In this document: positions 39,063 to 48,878 of the stretch, piece by piece | Position numbering within the stretch: the stretch's first letter is position 1 | Layout of the letters: the number at the start of each line of letters is the position of its first letter | Assembly (NCBI GenBank): GCA_045649325.1 | Contig: JAZRPQ010000009.1 | Coordinates: forward strand, 12,779 to 76,778 | Direction of reading: 5' to 3' | Length of the DNA stretch: 64,000 nucleotides | DNA from: Candidatus Nanosyncoccus sp. | Lineage (GTDB): Bacteria > Patescibacteriota > Saccharimonadia > Saccharimonadales > Saccharimonadaceae | The notes under the pieces: model-generated | Told to the model about the DNA's origin: nothing | The model's input: the letters and a program-made list of their open reading frames with translations, nothing else | The model's database searches: none | Translations under genes and position numbers: made by a program

Positions 39063-40021
39063 AAGTTAGAGAAATATTGTGACCAGTGAGTTTGGTATTT
39101 GGTATTAGCGTCATAATAAAACCCGACTGCAAGCTTGGTAAAGTTTGGATTCAAAATATTTTCGCGGTGCTTTTCGGAGTTCATCCAGGCAGCCACTGCT
39201 GTTTCTGGCGAAACTGCAGAGTTCCCTACTACTAGATTCTCTCCCTCGATATAGGAACCAAATCCTGACGGTTCTATGCAGGCGGTATCCCAATCTGATC
39301 CATCTGGTCTAGTGTGCGAGTAGACCTGCACAATCTCTTCGGCTCGGATTTTCGCTGCGTCGGTACAACTATCTCCCCAAGTCAGCTTCTCTAGACCATT
39401 TCGTACCCGCTCTTGATTTACTAGAGAGAGTACTTCGTATTTCCATTTTTCTGATGGTACTTCCAGTACGTACACGTCTATCGAGTCCCGTCTAGTGCCG
39501 TCATAAGTACCTGCCGTAATGGTAGTTTTTCCTACTCCTGCAACGATCGGGAAACGACAAGTGTCAGAAGAATATCCTAGCCACGTCCTGGCAGTCGCGT
39601 AAAAGCCAGAAATTACACTAGTGTTACTAGTCTGCCAATACATAGAGCCAAGGTTTTTTAAATCTCCACCTACGCAAATATCGACATTGGCAGTCTGATA
39701 TATAAAAATCGAATCTCCAGCCCAGAGCTCCCCGCTAGGGACAGGGTCAGAATCCATCCCGGTATTAGTGCGCACGGAAGTGACATAGGCCTTTTCTTCC
39801 TCGGTTAACTCTACTTTATTGTTGCTCTCGGCACCAATCATCTCCGACTGAGAAACACTATCAGAAACTTCATCGGTTCTCTCGTCCACTACCCTGAAGT
39901 CTAGTCCGCCGTTTAACCAAATAGCACCAGCAATCAAAATTCCCGCGATCAAAATTGCCGCCGCATTCAGCGAGAGCAAAATCGTCATCCTGGTGTGTTT
40001 AAGACTTGCTGCGGCTGCCAT
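39059..40021 (-). CDS. CAP/SCP/PR1-like (YkwD-type) domain protein with N-terminal TM helix and Ig-like middle domain
   Basis: LVNQERVRNGLEKLTW...HTRPDGS...GENLVVG...AVAAWMNSEKHRENILNPNFTKLAVGF. Confidence 0.78.
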   Translation of the reverse strand: MAAAASLKHTRMTILLSLNAAAILIAGILIAGAIWLNGGLDFRVVDERTDEVSDSVSQSEMIGAESNNKVELTEEEKAYVTSVRTNTGMDSDPVPSGELWAGDSIFIYQTANVDICVGGDLKNLGSMYWQTSNTSVISGFYATARTWLGYSSDTCRFPIVAGVGKTTITAGTYDGTRRDSIDVYVLEVPSEKWKYEVLSLVNQERVRNGLEKLTWGDSCTDAAKIRAEEIVQVYSHTRPDGSDWDTACIEPSGFGSYIEGENLVVGNSAVSPETAVAAWMNSEKHRENILNPNFTKLAVGFYYDANTKYQTHWSQYFSNF

Positions 40022-41345
40022 TTTCTATCAGCGTCCCCATTAAGCTAACTATCATCGTAATCTCTACCAAATCTTTGTGCTCCAAAATAGATTTTGAAAT
40101 CGGACGGCCAAAGACCATCTGCCCTACTACTTTACCATTAGCCCCAGTCATCAATGCAACTCTAGAAATATCCGCTTCCTTCAAATTTGTCACGCCAAGC
40201 TTGCTAGTGTCTTGCCAAGCTCCACGCATCGGCGCCGGTAGTTGGGAGATTGTAGACAAAAGATCATTGGAAATTTTGCAGTCTCCTACTACATAGAACT
40301 TGCCATTTATAATTATTCCAACATAAGAAAAATGTAGATGCTCAGCCAGAAAACCCGAAACTTCCTTGAGATTCATTTTTTTAGGGTTTTCTCTGGACAA
40401 CTTCTTCACGATAAAAGGCAAGTTGATTTGTTTGGTCATAATTAGGGATTTAGTCAGACTGATGATTTCCGAAAATGCTGGGACCAACGCTAGTACGATT
40501 GCCACCATGATGAAGTTCAAAAGAATCACCTGGAAAGATGGGTTGGCAACTTTAAATAGAGCCGAAAATACCAAATGGAATATCAGAAGATACACAATAA
40601 ACGCCCCAGAAAGCAGTACTACAGCAGAAAGCATCTTGAGCCACCTGACGTTGATTGCTACCATTTTATACTTTAGAATTGAGAAGTAAAAGCCAAGAAT
40701 AGTAAGACCAATTGTGATCGGACCCACCCAAATCAAATCGTATCTAGTAAGTGGCAAAATCAAATCAAAAATCCCAGACAAAACCCCAGTACACATCATG
40801 CCGATCAGAAAGAATAAATATCCACGTTTGGAGTTTTCGTTGCTTGCGTGCTTGATTTGCCGAATCAAGAAGAAGAAAATGGTCAGATTTAGTAAGAAGA
40901 AGAAAGTTAGATAGGCGATGTAATATGGACTTAGCCCGACCGCTACGCTGTTGCCCGAATCTTTCAAAACAATTTCAGAATATAAAATCGACGGGTTGTA
41001 GATTAGTAGCGTTGCTAAAATTATCGAAAAAGCGATGAAGACTAGTGAGGAGGATTTGCCAAATTTGTATTTCCAGGAGACGTAGGCCAAAAGTCCGGCA
41101 TCCATAATCAATGCGCCGATATAAATCCCGAGCACCAGATGCGGGGCTACTCTATAATCTACTTCACCATTACCGAGCGACAAAAACACCGCAATCGAAA
41201 CCGCCCAGATTACTTCCCCAATCGCAGCTACTAGAAACCACACACTACGGGGCTTTTCGGACTTTGCGCTACCAAAAACTAGCGCCAGTGCCGCAAGAAT
41301 CGTTAGAACTGCTACCGCAATTACTAACATGTAAATAAAATGCAT
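39999..41345 (-). CDS. Multi-pass membrane protein with cytoplasmic C-terminal domain (possible sensor)
   Basis: About 9 TM helices followed by a ~140-aa soluble domain. SD GGAGG. Overlaps the CAP gene by 23 nt. Confidence 0.45.
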   Translation of the reverse strand: MHFIYMLVIAVAVLTILAALALVFGSAKSEKPRSVWFLVAAIGEVIWAVSIAVFLSLGNGEVDYRVAPHLVLGIYIGALIMDAGLLAYVSWKYKFGKSSSLVFIAFSIILATLLIYNPSILYSEIVLKDSGNSVAVGLSPYYIAYLTFFFLLNLTIFFFLIRQIKHASNENSKRGYLFFLIGMMCTGVLSGIFDLILPLTRYDLIWVGPITIGLTILGFYFSILKYKMVAINVRWLKMLSAVVLLSGAFIVYLLIFHLVFSALFKVANPSFQVILLNFIMVAIVLALVPAFSEIISLTKSLIMTKQINLPFIVKKLSRENPKKMNLKEVSGFLAEHLHFSYVGIIINGKFYVVGDCKISNDLLSTISQLPAPMRGAWQDTSKLGVTNLKEADISRVALMTGANGKVVGQMVFGRPISKSILEHKDLVEITMIVSLMGTLIENGSRSKS

Positions 41346-41399
41346 GAAATAGCCTCCGTTATTTACTCCAATTATAGCACAAGTGCTTATGAATTCAAG

Positions 41400-42893
41400 C
41401 TATGGCTTCACCGAGATCAAGCGTTCTAGCCACCAAGCCAGTTTTTCGTCATCAAGAAGCTTAGTCTGCATATCCTTGCCATAGACCGTGCCAACGAGCT
41501 TAGTCTGTAGCAACTTACCGTTATGTATATAGTGTGACAAAACCAAACTTCTAGTAGTCCCTGGCCACCAGATTTGGTCAAAGAATATATTACCAAGGCC
41601 ATAATAAATTACGCCGTTTCCATAGAGTTCAAAAGTCTGTGCTTGGTGGGCACTCGTTCCTACTACCACATCCGCTCCGAGGTCAATCAAATGCCGGAAG
41701 AATCCTATTTGGTCGCCAGCCGAAGAATTTGCGCGGTCGCAAGTCGGATCTTCGTATTCAGAAGCATATGCACTACATTCATAGTATTGAATATCTACTA
41801 CCACCAAGTCGCCACGCGCCTTAGCCTCTTTGATTTGCTCGGCCGCTACTTCTTCATAATATTGGTTGGCACCCGGCGTGTCGTCGTGAGTTGCCCCTCC
41901 AGTCGATTGGTTAAAGGCTAGCATCGTAATATTTGAACCTTTTTGTGATAATTTGAGAGGCACTTTGGCTTCATCTGCAGTTTTGCCCCCGCCTACGATT
42001 TTGATGTCTTTTTCCATGTAAGTATCGATTGTCTCAATGGCCGCAGTGTCGCCACAATCCTGATTGTGGTTACCAGTTAGCTCTACTACATCTAGTCCAA
42101 TTGCTGTCAAAGTATCAATAAACCTTTTGTCGGAACAAATATTCGAAGAACTCGCAAAATCAGTAAACGAAGATTCGTTTGATGTATGCGTAATGTCGAA
42201 GTTAGAAAGAAAATCTTTAATTCCTTCCGCAAAATAAGTCGCATCTCCACCTACCGCATTTAGTCTAGCATTCATTCCACGAGAAAGCGCTGTCACTCCA
42301 GTCTGGGCGAAGGTGAGAGTCGTGTCTTTAGTTGGGGCTTTTACAGTAAAGCTATTAGTTACTAGTGGTTTGATTTCTTCGTTAAACTTGTCCGACACGA
42401 AGCTTACAATCCTATACACTCCACCACTAGTAAACTCGTCCAAATAATATTTGTTATTGAGCGACAAGAGCTTTTTGGTAAAATCTAGCTCACTAATCGG
42501 TATTAGTTCAAACTTATGTTCGGCCTGGAAGTTTGTATCATAAATCTCTTCCAGTGAGTTTGTATCTATATTTGTTTCGGTACTATAAAAATCCGTCACT
42601 GGCACATATATATTATATATATACTCACCCTCATTAAGCTCCGGAGATTCAAGTGAGTTCCTAGCCGAAATCGTTACGTCTTTGTCCAGGTCAGTCTGAT
42701 AGGCAAAAATTTCTTCTAGCTTGGCTCTTTCATCAGAACTCAAACTTTCGTCATAATAGACTACTCCAGGTATTCTAAAAATCCCAGTTTTTGTAATAAA
42801 CTGCACCCCCAGAAACACCGCTACAGAAACCAATATAAAAAATAACGCGAAAAGAATAAATTTCGCGCCAGTACGACTATTCTCTCTAACCAT
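41400..42893 (-). CDS. CapA/PGA_cap family metallophosphatase-like protein
   Basis: N-terminal TM helix, LTGNHNQDCG and GTSAHQAQ motifs typical of CapA (poly-gamma-glutamate capsule) family proteins. Confidence 0.72.
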   Translation of the reverse strand: MVRENSRTGAKFILFALFFILVSVAVFLGVQFITKTGIFRIPGVVYYDESLSSDERAKLEEIFAYQTDLDKDVTISARNSLESPELNEGEYIYNIYVPVTDFYSTETNIDTNSLEEIYDTNFQAEHKFELIPISELDFTKKLLSLNNKYYLDEFTSGGVYRIVSFVSDKFNEEIKPLVTNSFTVKAPTKDTTLTFAQTGVTALSRGMNARLNAVGGDATYFAEGIKDFLSNFDITHTSNESSFTDFASSSNICSDKRFIDTLTAIGLDVVELTGNHNQDCGDTAAIETIDTYMEKDIKIVGGGKTADEAKVPLKLSQKGSNITMLAFNQSTGGATHDDTPGANQYYEEVAAEQIKEAKARGDLVVVDIQYYECSAYASEYEDPTCDRANSSAGDQIGFFRHLIDLGADVVVGTSAHQAQTFELYGNGVIYYGLGNIFFDQIWWPGTTRSLVLSHYIHNGKLLQTKLVGTVYGKDMQTKLLDDEKLAWWLERLISVKP

Positions 42894-42920
42894 ACTTATA
42901 TTATATCATCAAAAACAAAA

Positions 42921-43010
42921 TTTGAAATGGAATTCACTTTCATTTCAAATTTCTTACTGTTTTTTTGTTGGGACTTTCTTTCTAGAAAGAAAGTCCCACT
43001 ATGGTATAAT
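42921..43010. promoter_or_regulatory. Divergent promoter region carrying repeated module copy B
   Basis: Hairpin TTTGAAATG-GAATTCACTTT-CATTTCAAA (42921-42949), perfect 28-nt palindrome GGGACTTTCTTTCTAGAAAGAAAGTCCC (42970-42997), TGGTATAAT (43002-43010). Confidence 0.6.
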
Positions 43011-43016
43011 TGTACT

Positions 43017-44981
43017 ATGAGTTGGTGGGCAAAAATATTTGAAAAAGATGAAGCCGAAAAAATCTTTTTTTCTCCCGATGGCAGGATCAAATGCAAATTT
43101 TTGCTAAAAAATAGCCAAGCTTTCTATTCCGTATCAAAAGACGGCAAAAAAATCGTCGAAAAATCTCGTCTCGATCTAGAAATCGTTGGCGAAGAGCCAC
43201 TCCATAGTAGACTCAAATTGATTCGTTCGCGCCTTTCTAGACATCAAGAAACCATCGAAATGTCTTGGGGTGAAGATCATTATATTTCCAATAACTACAC
43301 TGAAGCGGTTTTTTATCTCGGCGAAGCTACTGGCGCGCATCGAATATATACTTTGAGATTTAGAGTTTTTGATAATGCCGTAGCTTTTCGTTATGAAATC
43401 CCGCCTCAGCCTCAATTTTTCAAAATTACCATCAAAAACGAGTTGACCGAATTTAATATCAGTCTCAACTCTATCGCTTGGCAAATTCCGGCCTATCAAC
43501 CCGACCGCTACGAATATAATTACGAGCGAAGTGGCGTTTATGAGCTACAAAACTCCGTCCATACGCCGCTTACCATCAAAACCCCTAACGGTTTTTATTT
43601 GTCCATTCATGAGGCGGCTCTATATAACTATGGTTCTATGGCATTAAAATTAAATGGCGATCAAATTCTTTCCTCTGATATCATTCCGCTATCCGACGGT
43701 TCTAAGGCGCATGTGATTTTGCCTTTTCAGACCCCCTGGCGCCTCATCATGATCGCAAACTCTGCTATCGAACTTACCGAAAATCGCACCATGTATGCAC
43801 TAAATGATCCCCCGGCGGGAGACTTTAGTTGGGTCAAAACTTTAAAATTTATTGGCATTTGGTGGGCTATGTACGTGGGCGAATGGACTTGGGCGCCCGG
43901 CGAACGCCATGGTGCTACTACTGAGCACGCCAAAGAATATATCGACGCTGCAGTCCGTCTTGGCATCAAAGGCCTCCTCATCGAAGGCTGGAACGAAGGC
44001 TGGGAGGGTAATTGGCTAGAAAATGGTATGGACAATAAATTCTCTACCCCTACCCCAGATTTTGATATGAATGCTGTAGCAAGTTATGCCAAAAGTAGAG
44101 ATATTGAGCTGATTGGTCATCACGAGACGGTCGGTTTTGTTGATAACTACGAAAACCAGCTAGAAGAAGCTTATAATTATTATGCCTCCCGTGGTATTCA
44201 TTATATCAAAACCGGCTATGCAGGTAGTACCCTCACTATCGGTGGACACAAAGAGCACCATCACTCCCAAGTCGGCGTCAATCATTACCAAAAAACCGTT
44301 GAACTCGCCGCCAAAAAACAAATTTGTTTAGACATCCACGAACCTATCAAGGGTACAGGCATCGAACGTACCTGGCCAAACCTTTTGACTAGAGAGGGCG
44401 GCCGCGGTCAGGAATATGAAGGTGGCGCCATTTGTCCTTCGCACGCTTGTTTTTTGCCTTACACACGTTTACTCTCTGGCGGCATGGATTATACCAACGG
44501 CATTTTTGATATCGAAAATAGCGTCAAACGTATTTCTACGACTCTCGCTCGTCAAGTTGCATACTTTGTTACTATTTATTCCGGGATGAGTATGGCGGCA
44601 GACCGGCCTTTTATGTACGAAGAAAGATTTCCGGAATTATTTAAATTTATCCGTGAAGTTCCGGTGAATTTTGAAAAAACTTATCCGCTCGCTGGCGAAG
44701 TAGGCGAATATTACGTCGTCGCCAGAAAAGACCGCGGTAGCCAAAATTGGTATATTGGCGGAGTTACCAATAGTACCGGCCGCCACGTTCATATCAATCT
44801 CGACTTTTTGGATGAAGGTACGTATCACGCCTATTTCTATACCGACGCCGAAGATGCGCATTTTCGCAAAAACCCATACGCTATCAATCTGTACGAAAAG
44901 CACGTCGGACGCAGTGACAGTCTAGACATTTATATGGCGCCTGGTGGCGGATTTGCCATTAGCCTAGTCAAGACTGCTTAG
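43017..44981 (+). CDS. Glycoside hydrolase family 97 (alpha-glucosidase/alpha-galactosidase-like)
   Basis: IEGWNEGWEG, GHHET, HYIKTGY, HEPIKGTG, REGGRGQEY blocks typical of GH97. Start set at ATG 43017 (MSWWAKIF), 6 nt after TATAAT. Confidence 0.8.
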   Translation: MSWWAKIFEKDEAEKIFFSPDGRIKCKFLLKNSQAFYSVSKDGKKIVEKSRLDLEIVGEEPLHSRLKLIRSRLSRHQETIEMSWGEDHYISNNYTEAVFYLGEATGAHRIYTLRFRVFDNAVAFRYEIPPQPQFFKITIKNELTEFNISLNSIAWQIPAYQPDRYEYNYERSGVYELQNSVHTPLTIKTPNGFYLSIHEAALYNYGSMALKLNGDQILSSDIIPLSDGSKAHVILPFQTPWRLIMIANSAIELTENRTMYALNDPPAGDFSWVKTLKFIGIWWAMYVGEWTWAPGERHGATTEHAKEYIDAAVRLGIKGLLIEGWNEGWEGNWLENGMDNKFSTPTPDFDMNAVASYAKSRDIELIGHHETVGFVDNYENQLEEAYNYYASRGIHYIKTGYAGSTLTIGGHKEHHHSQVGVNHYQKTVELAAKKQICLDIHEPIKGTGIERTWPNLLTREGGRGQEYEGGAICPSHACFLPYTRLLSGGMDYTNGIFDIENSVKRISTTLARQVAYFVTIYSGMSMAADRPFMYEERFPELFKFIREVPVNFEKTYPLAGEVGEYYVVARKDRGSQNWYIGGVTNSTGRHVHINLDFLDEGTYHAYFYTDAEDAHFRKNPYAINLYEKHVGRSDSLDIYMAPGGGFAISLVKTA

Positions 44982-44984
44982 CTG

Positions 44985-45476
44985 CTATACTTTGGTTGCT
45001 GTTACGATTAGTCTATGAGTGGCATCTTTGGCGCCTAGTGGTTGCCCAGCGCAAGTCATGATTACAAGCGTAGTTTCTTTGCTTGGCATCAAGAGTAGAT
45101 TCATATTGATATTGGCTTTTTCTAAAGTCTCAATCCTAGTGACCTTGAAGGTCTTATCGTCATAATAAATATATTCATTTAGGCTTACGTTTTTGAGATT
45201 TTTAAATACCGTGCTAGAATGTCCAACGAGAAAAATCTTGCTACTGTATTTACTATAGCTCCCCACGATTGTGTCTGGAGTACCCAGCCTATGATCGACT
45301 AGCTCTAGCGTCGTCACGTCTGAAGTTAGGCCAATGCTCGGGATGTTGATTTGGCCCGAGATCTCATAGTGCTGAGCTCCTGCTGGCTGAAATCCTATCA
45401 CAATAAAAGCCAAAAACGCCACTATATATAATATAGTAAAAGCCTTCCGAAAATCAAACCTCCGTTTTAACTCCAC
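44985..45476 (-). CDS. Sortase
   Basis: N-terminal TM helix, LVGHSS (catalytic His), LVIMTCAG (TLxTC-like Cys), HRLIV (Arg). GTG start after AAAGGAG. Confidence 0.8.
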   Translation of the reverse strand: MELKRRFDFRKAFTILYIVAFLAFIVIGFQPAGAQHYEISGQINIPSIGLTSDVTTLELVDHRLGTPDTIVGSYSKYSSKIFLVGHSSTVFKNLKNVSLNEYIYYDDKTFKVTRIETLEKANINMNLLLMPSKETTLVIMTCAGQPLGAKDATHRLIVTATKV

Positions 45477-45551
45477 ACTATCTCCTTTACTCCATTATAA
45501 CATAAACAATTTAAAAAATATAAAAATCATAAACATAAAAAGCCCCCTATC

Positions 45552-46097
45552 TTATACGCCAGGCGAAAAAACTTTGAGTTTTTTGTCATGAATTTTGTAT
45601 CTAGGGTCGTGCTCTCCTACTTCTGCCCAAAAAGCTTTCGAATGATCCATGTGGTTTAGATGGGCTAGTTCGTGCAAAATCACGTAATCTCGGAGTGGCT
45701 CAGGTAATTTCATCAGTCCAATATTTAGAGAAATTGTACGCTTAGATGAACAACTCCCCCAGCGTGTATTCGCATGAGTTAAACGACATTTGTCATAGCT
45801 ATAGCCGTATAATTTGGCGTAATATTCGAGACGATAAGGCAAATAATCCCGGGCTTTTTTCATTAGCATCTTTTTTTGATAATCCCGCGTACGTTGAGTT
45901 GTCGGATTATTCACTGGTAATTTTTCGCGGATTTTGTCCCGGTTTAACGACAAATATCGCTTAACCAAAAAATCTGGCGTGGATTTAGGCACCGACATCG
46001 AAAGTCGCCCAGAGGTAGACACCGAAAATTTTACGCCTCTAGACCAGGAATTTTTTCTTACGATAACTTCACCAAATTCTTTATCTTCTATAATCAT
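45552..46097 (-). CDS. YgjP-like (DUF45/M48-related) metal-dependent hydrolase
   Basis: RWGSCS and HELAHLNHMDHS (HExxH) motifs. Confidence 0.78.
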   Translation of the reverse strand: MIIEDKEFGEVIVRKNSWSRGVKFSVSTSGRLSMSVPKSTPDFLVKRYLSLNRDKIREKLPVNNPTTQRTRDYQKKMLMKKARDYLPYRLEYYAKLYGYSYDKCRLTHANTRWGSCSSKRTISLNIGLMKLPEPLRDYVILHELAHLNHMDHSKAFWAEVGEHDPRYKIHDKKLKVFSPGV

Positions 46098-46594
46098 TAA
46101 ATTTTACTAACTTCAGCAAGGCCGGCAAGGACGTGCCTGGTTTGAGTCTCGAAAGTATGTTTGCCCGAAAGAATAATCGGATCCTCCATTTCGGATGGAG
46201 CCTCCATCGCGCTGACTTCTCGTTCGTAAATTTCCTTGGCCTTAGAAACTGATTTGTAACGTACCTTGAGACGATTACGAATTGTGGTTACATCCGTCTG
46301 AATCCAAACTAGCGATGGATCGTATCCGGCTGAGCGAAGTAAATTGCGAATTTCCTCACGCTCTTTTTCGGTCGAAAGACCACCTTCGATGATGATAGTT
46401 TTGCCAGTTCTTGCAATTAACTTAATAATTAAGAGAATATTTTTGCGAGTCAAACGGTATTTGACTTTTAGCTCATCAAAATCATAGAGGGCCAAATCAA
46501 ACTTTTCGGCGAATTTCTCACTAAAAGTAGACTTACCGCTACACGGCGCCCCGAAGACAAGTAGAGCTCTTGGTTTTGACTTATTACCTTCCAT
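46097..46594 (-). CDS. Small P-loop NTPase/kinase (AAA_33-like)
   Basis: Walker A GAPCSGKST near the N-terminus. 165 aa. Confidence 0.55.
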   Translation of the reverse strand: MEGNKSKPRALLVFGAPCSGKSTFSEKFAEKFDLALYDFDELKVKYRLTRKNILLIIKLIARTGKTIIIEGGLSTEKEREEIRNLLRSAGYDPSLVWIQTDVTTIRNRLKVRYKSVSKAKEIYEREVSAMEAPSEMEDPIILSGKHTFETQTRHVLAGLAEVSKI

Positions 46595-46632
46595 AATATT
46601 CTCATTATATCACAAAAATCAAAATATATAAA

Positions 46633-47493
46633 TTAATTGTTGACGCCATGGCGAATTGCCGGAGAGTCTTTTTCTAGCGCTTTAAAATCATAGCCGTTGG
46701 TAAGTCCGTATTGGATAATTCTCTCCACTGCGTCCACTGAATAACCCTTGATGTCGTGTTGCAAAACTACATTTGCTCCTTCTTTTAGGTGTGTAACTAC
46801 ACTGGTGTATACTGCATCGGCTGAAGTCGCGCTTCCCGCATCGTTAGAACTCACGTTCCAATCAAAATAGACGTACCCACGATTCAAAACTTCCTGGGTC
46901 AAAATACTCATAATTCTGATTTTTCCGTCATACTTGGCGCTCACGGTATTTGATGCACCACCCGGAAATCTGATGATCTTTGCATCAACGCCAGTAATAT
47001 TTTTTACCCTCGCTGCTACCTGACCAAGATCAGCAAAATAATTCTCTACGCTACTATATACATAACTATAATCATGAGTAAAAGTATGCAGTGCTACTGT
47101 GTGGCCTTCATTATACTCGCGCAAAATTGTCGCATCGTCACCTCTGCCCGTCACAAAAAACGTCGCTTTTATATCGTATTTTTTCAAAATATCTAACAAT
47201 CTATCTGTATGCTCTCCCGGCCCATCATCAAAAGTTAGATAAATTGTGCCTATATTATGTTCAAAATTTTCACTAATATCTTCTATTTTTGCTTCAAAAA
47301 TACTCACACTCCAAGTGTCTAAATCGTCGTAATTGTCGTACCAGCTTCGAGTAGGTAGCGTAGCTGTCTGTGCCACCAAAATTTCTGACGCCATCAAAGT
47401 CCCGATTAAACTAAAAAGCATTATGCCAAAAGCCGCCACTAGACCCGAAATTATCAGTTTGTGCTTTCTAATTTTTATCTGCCTCGGTTCCAT
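46633..47493 (-). CDS. Polysaccharide deacetylase (NodB homology domain), membrane-anchored
   Basis: TFDDGPGEHTDRLLDILKKYDIKATFFV, HTFTH, RFPGG motifs. Confidence 0.85.
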   Translation of the reverse strand: MEPRQIKIRKHKLIISGLVAAFGIMLFSLIGTLMASEILVAQTATLPTRSWYDNYDDLDTWSVSIFEAKIEDISENFEHNIGTIYLTFDDGPGEHTDRLLDILKKYDIKATFFVTGRGDDATILREYNEGHTVALHTFTHDYSYVYSSVENYFADLGQVAARVKNITGVDAKIIRFPGGASNTVSAKYDGKIRIMSILTQEVLNRGYVYFDWNVSSNDAGSATSADAVYTSVVTHLKEGANVVLQHDIKGYSVDAVERIIQYGLTNGYDFKALEKDSPAIRHGVNN

Positions 47494-47538
47494 ACTTTCA
47501 TTATAACACTTTTCATGATAAAATAATGATAGGCACCT

Positions 47539-47614
47539 AGGGGTGTAGCTCAGTTGGTAGAGCAGCGGTCTCCAAAACCGCGTGTCGTGGGTTCAAGTCC
47601 TGCCGCCCCTGCCA
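47539..47614 (+). tRNA. tRNA-Trp (anticodon CCA)
   Basis: Folded by hand: acceptor AGGGGTG/CGCCCCT, D-arm GCTC-AGTTGGTA-GAGC, anticodon stem GCGGT/ACCGC with loop CTCCAAA, T-loop TTCAAGT, encoded CCA. Confidence 0.9.
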
Positions 47615-47656
47615 CTTTTTTTATGTTTTTTTAACATAAGTATGATATAATGGTAT

Positions 47657-48877
47657 ATGATGAAAATACTCATGCTAGGTTGGGAGCTTCCACCCCACAA
47701 TAGTGGGGGCCTTGGAGTTGCTTGTTTGAACATGGCGCATGCCTTGAGTGGGCATGACGTAGATATAGACTTCGTCGTTCCCTACACTGCTGAGCATCCG
47801 CATACCGAATTTATGAACGTAGTTCCAGCTACTCCGCTTGACCCGATTTATCGTTATGGTGGTGGCAGCTATGCTTCACTCGAGATCGATAAAAAACAAA
47901 TTCCTATAAAGAACCAACCAAAACTACTTTCTATCCGCGACGTCCAAAAAAGCTATCAGGATTTTGTCAAAAAACATATGATGGACTTCAAGCCAGACGT
48001 AGTGCACGCTCACGACTGGCTTACTTACGAAGCTGGCGCTCTTCTCAAGAAAAATTTTGGCGTTCCTTTGGTTGCTCACGTTCACGCTACCGAATTCGAC
48101 CGCGCTGGTATGCACGAGGGAAATCCCCTAATTCACGAAATCGAGAAAGAAGGCCTCATGCTCGCAGATCGTATTATTGCAGTTTCTGAGGCTACCAAAC
48201 GTATCATTCACGAAAAATATCACATTCCTTTGATAAAAATCGACGTAGTTTATAACGCACTCGACGAAGAATTTTTGACCGAAAAATATCATTACGACGA
48301 TAGTCTATATAAATATATCGACGAGCTCAAAAAATCGGGTTACACTATCGTTTCTACTGTAGGGCGTTTTACAGTCCAAAAGGGGCTCGAGTTCTTCATG
48401 CAGGCCGCCAAAAAAGCTATCGACAAAAATCCAAAATTGCTCTTTGTCTTTGCTGGTGATGGTGAAGAAAGAAATCATTTAATTTCCGAAGCTGCTACCC
48501 TTGGCATATCTAGAAACGTAGTCTTTACTGGCTTTATCCGCGGCAAAAAGCTCCGTGACGTTTATTCCCTTTCTGATATTTTTGTGATGAGTTCAGTCTC
48601 AGAACCATTCGGTTTGACCGCCCTCGAAGCCGCCCATCATGGCGACGCACTGATTCTTACTAATCAATCTGGCGTGTCAGAGATAGTTTGGTCTTGTCTC
48701 AAGTATGATTTTTGGGACGAAGACAAACTTGCCGACGAGATTCTAAGTATCGCAGCCAGCCCTGCACTCATGAAGAGCCTAAAAGACAACGTCAAAAACG
48801 AATACAATCAGATTTCCTGGGACAAAGTTGCGAAAAAGTGTCAGAAGATATATAATAGTGTAAAGCATAAGAGGTAA
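47657..48877 (+). CDS. GT4/GT5-type glycosyltransferase (glycogen synthase-like)
   Basis: KILMLGWELPPHNSGGLGV N-terminus, GRFTVQKG, SEPFGLTALEA (E-x7-E region). Confidence 0.75.
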   Translation: MMKILMLGWELPPHNSGGLGVACLNMAHALSGHDVDIDFVVPYTAEHPHTEFMNVVPATPLDPIYRYGGGSYASLEIDKKQIPIKNQPKLLSIRDVQKSYQDFVKKHMMDFKPDVVHAHDWLTYEAGALLKKNFGVPLVAHVHATEFDRAGMHEGNPLIHEIEKEGLMLADRIIAVSEATKRIIHEKYHIPLIKIDVVYNALDEEFLTEKYHYDDSLYKYIDELKKSGYTIVSTVGRFTVQKGLEFFMQAAKKAIDKNPKLLFVFAGDGEERNHLISEAATLGISRNVVFTGFIRGKKLRDVYSLSDIFVMSSVSEPFGLTALEAAHHGDALILTNQSGVSEIVWSCLKYDFWDEDKLADEILSIAASPALMKSLKDNVKNEYNQISWDKVAKKCQKIYNSVKHKR

Positions 48878-48878
48878 A

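Noticed and set aside
42927-43016. Longer listed N-termini for GH97 (42927), dnaX (16316), secE (24274), the 24904 ORF, nifS (56303), prfA (61224) and VTC (36933).
   Set aside because: The extensions run through promoter, operator or terminator sequence, or through the upstream gene, and encode hydrophobic or low-complexity sequence with no coding signature. Internal ATGs are correctly spaced from TATAAT boxes or SD sites and match the conserved N-termini.
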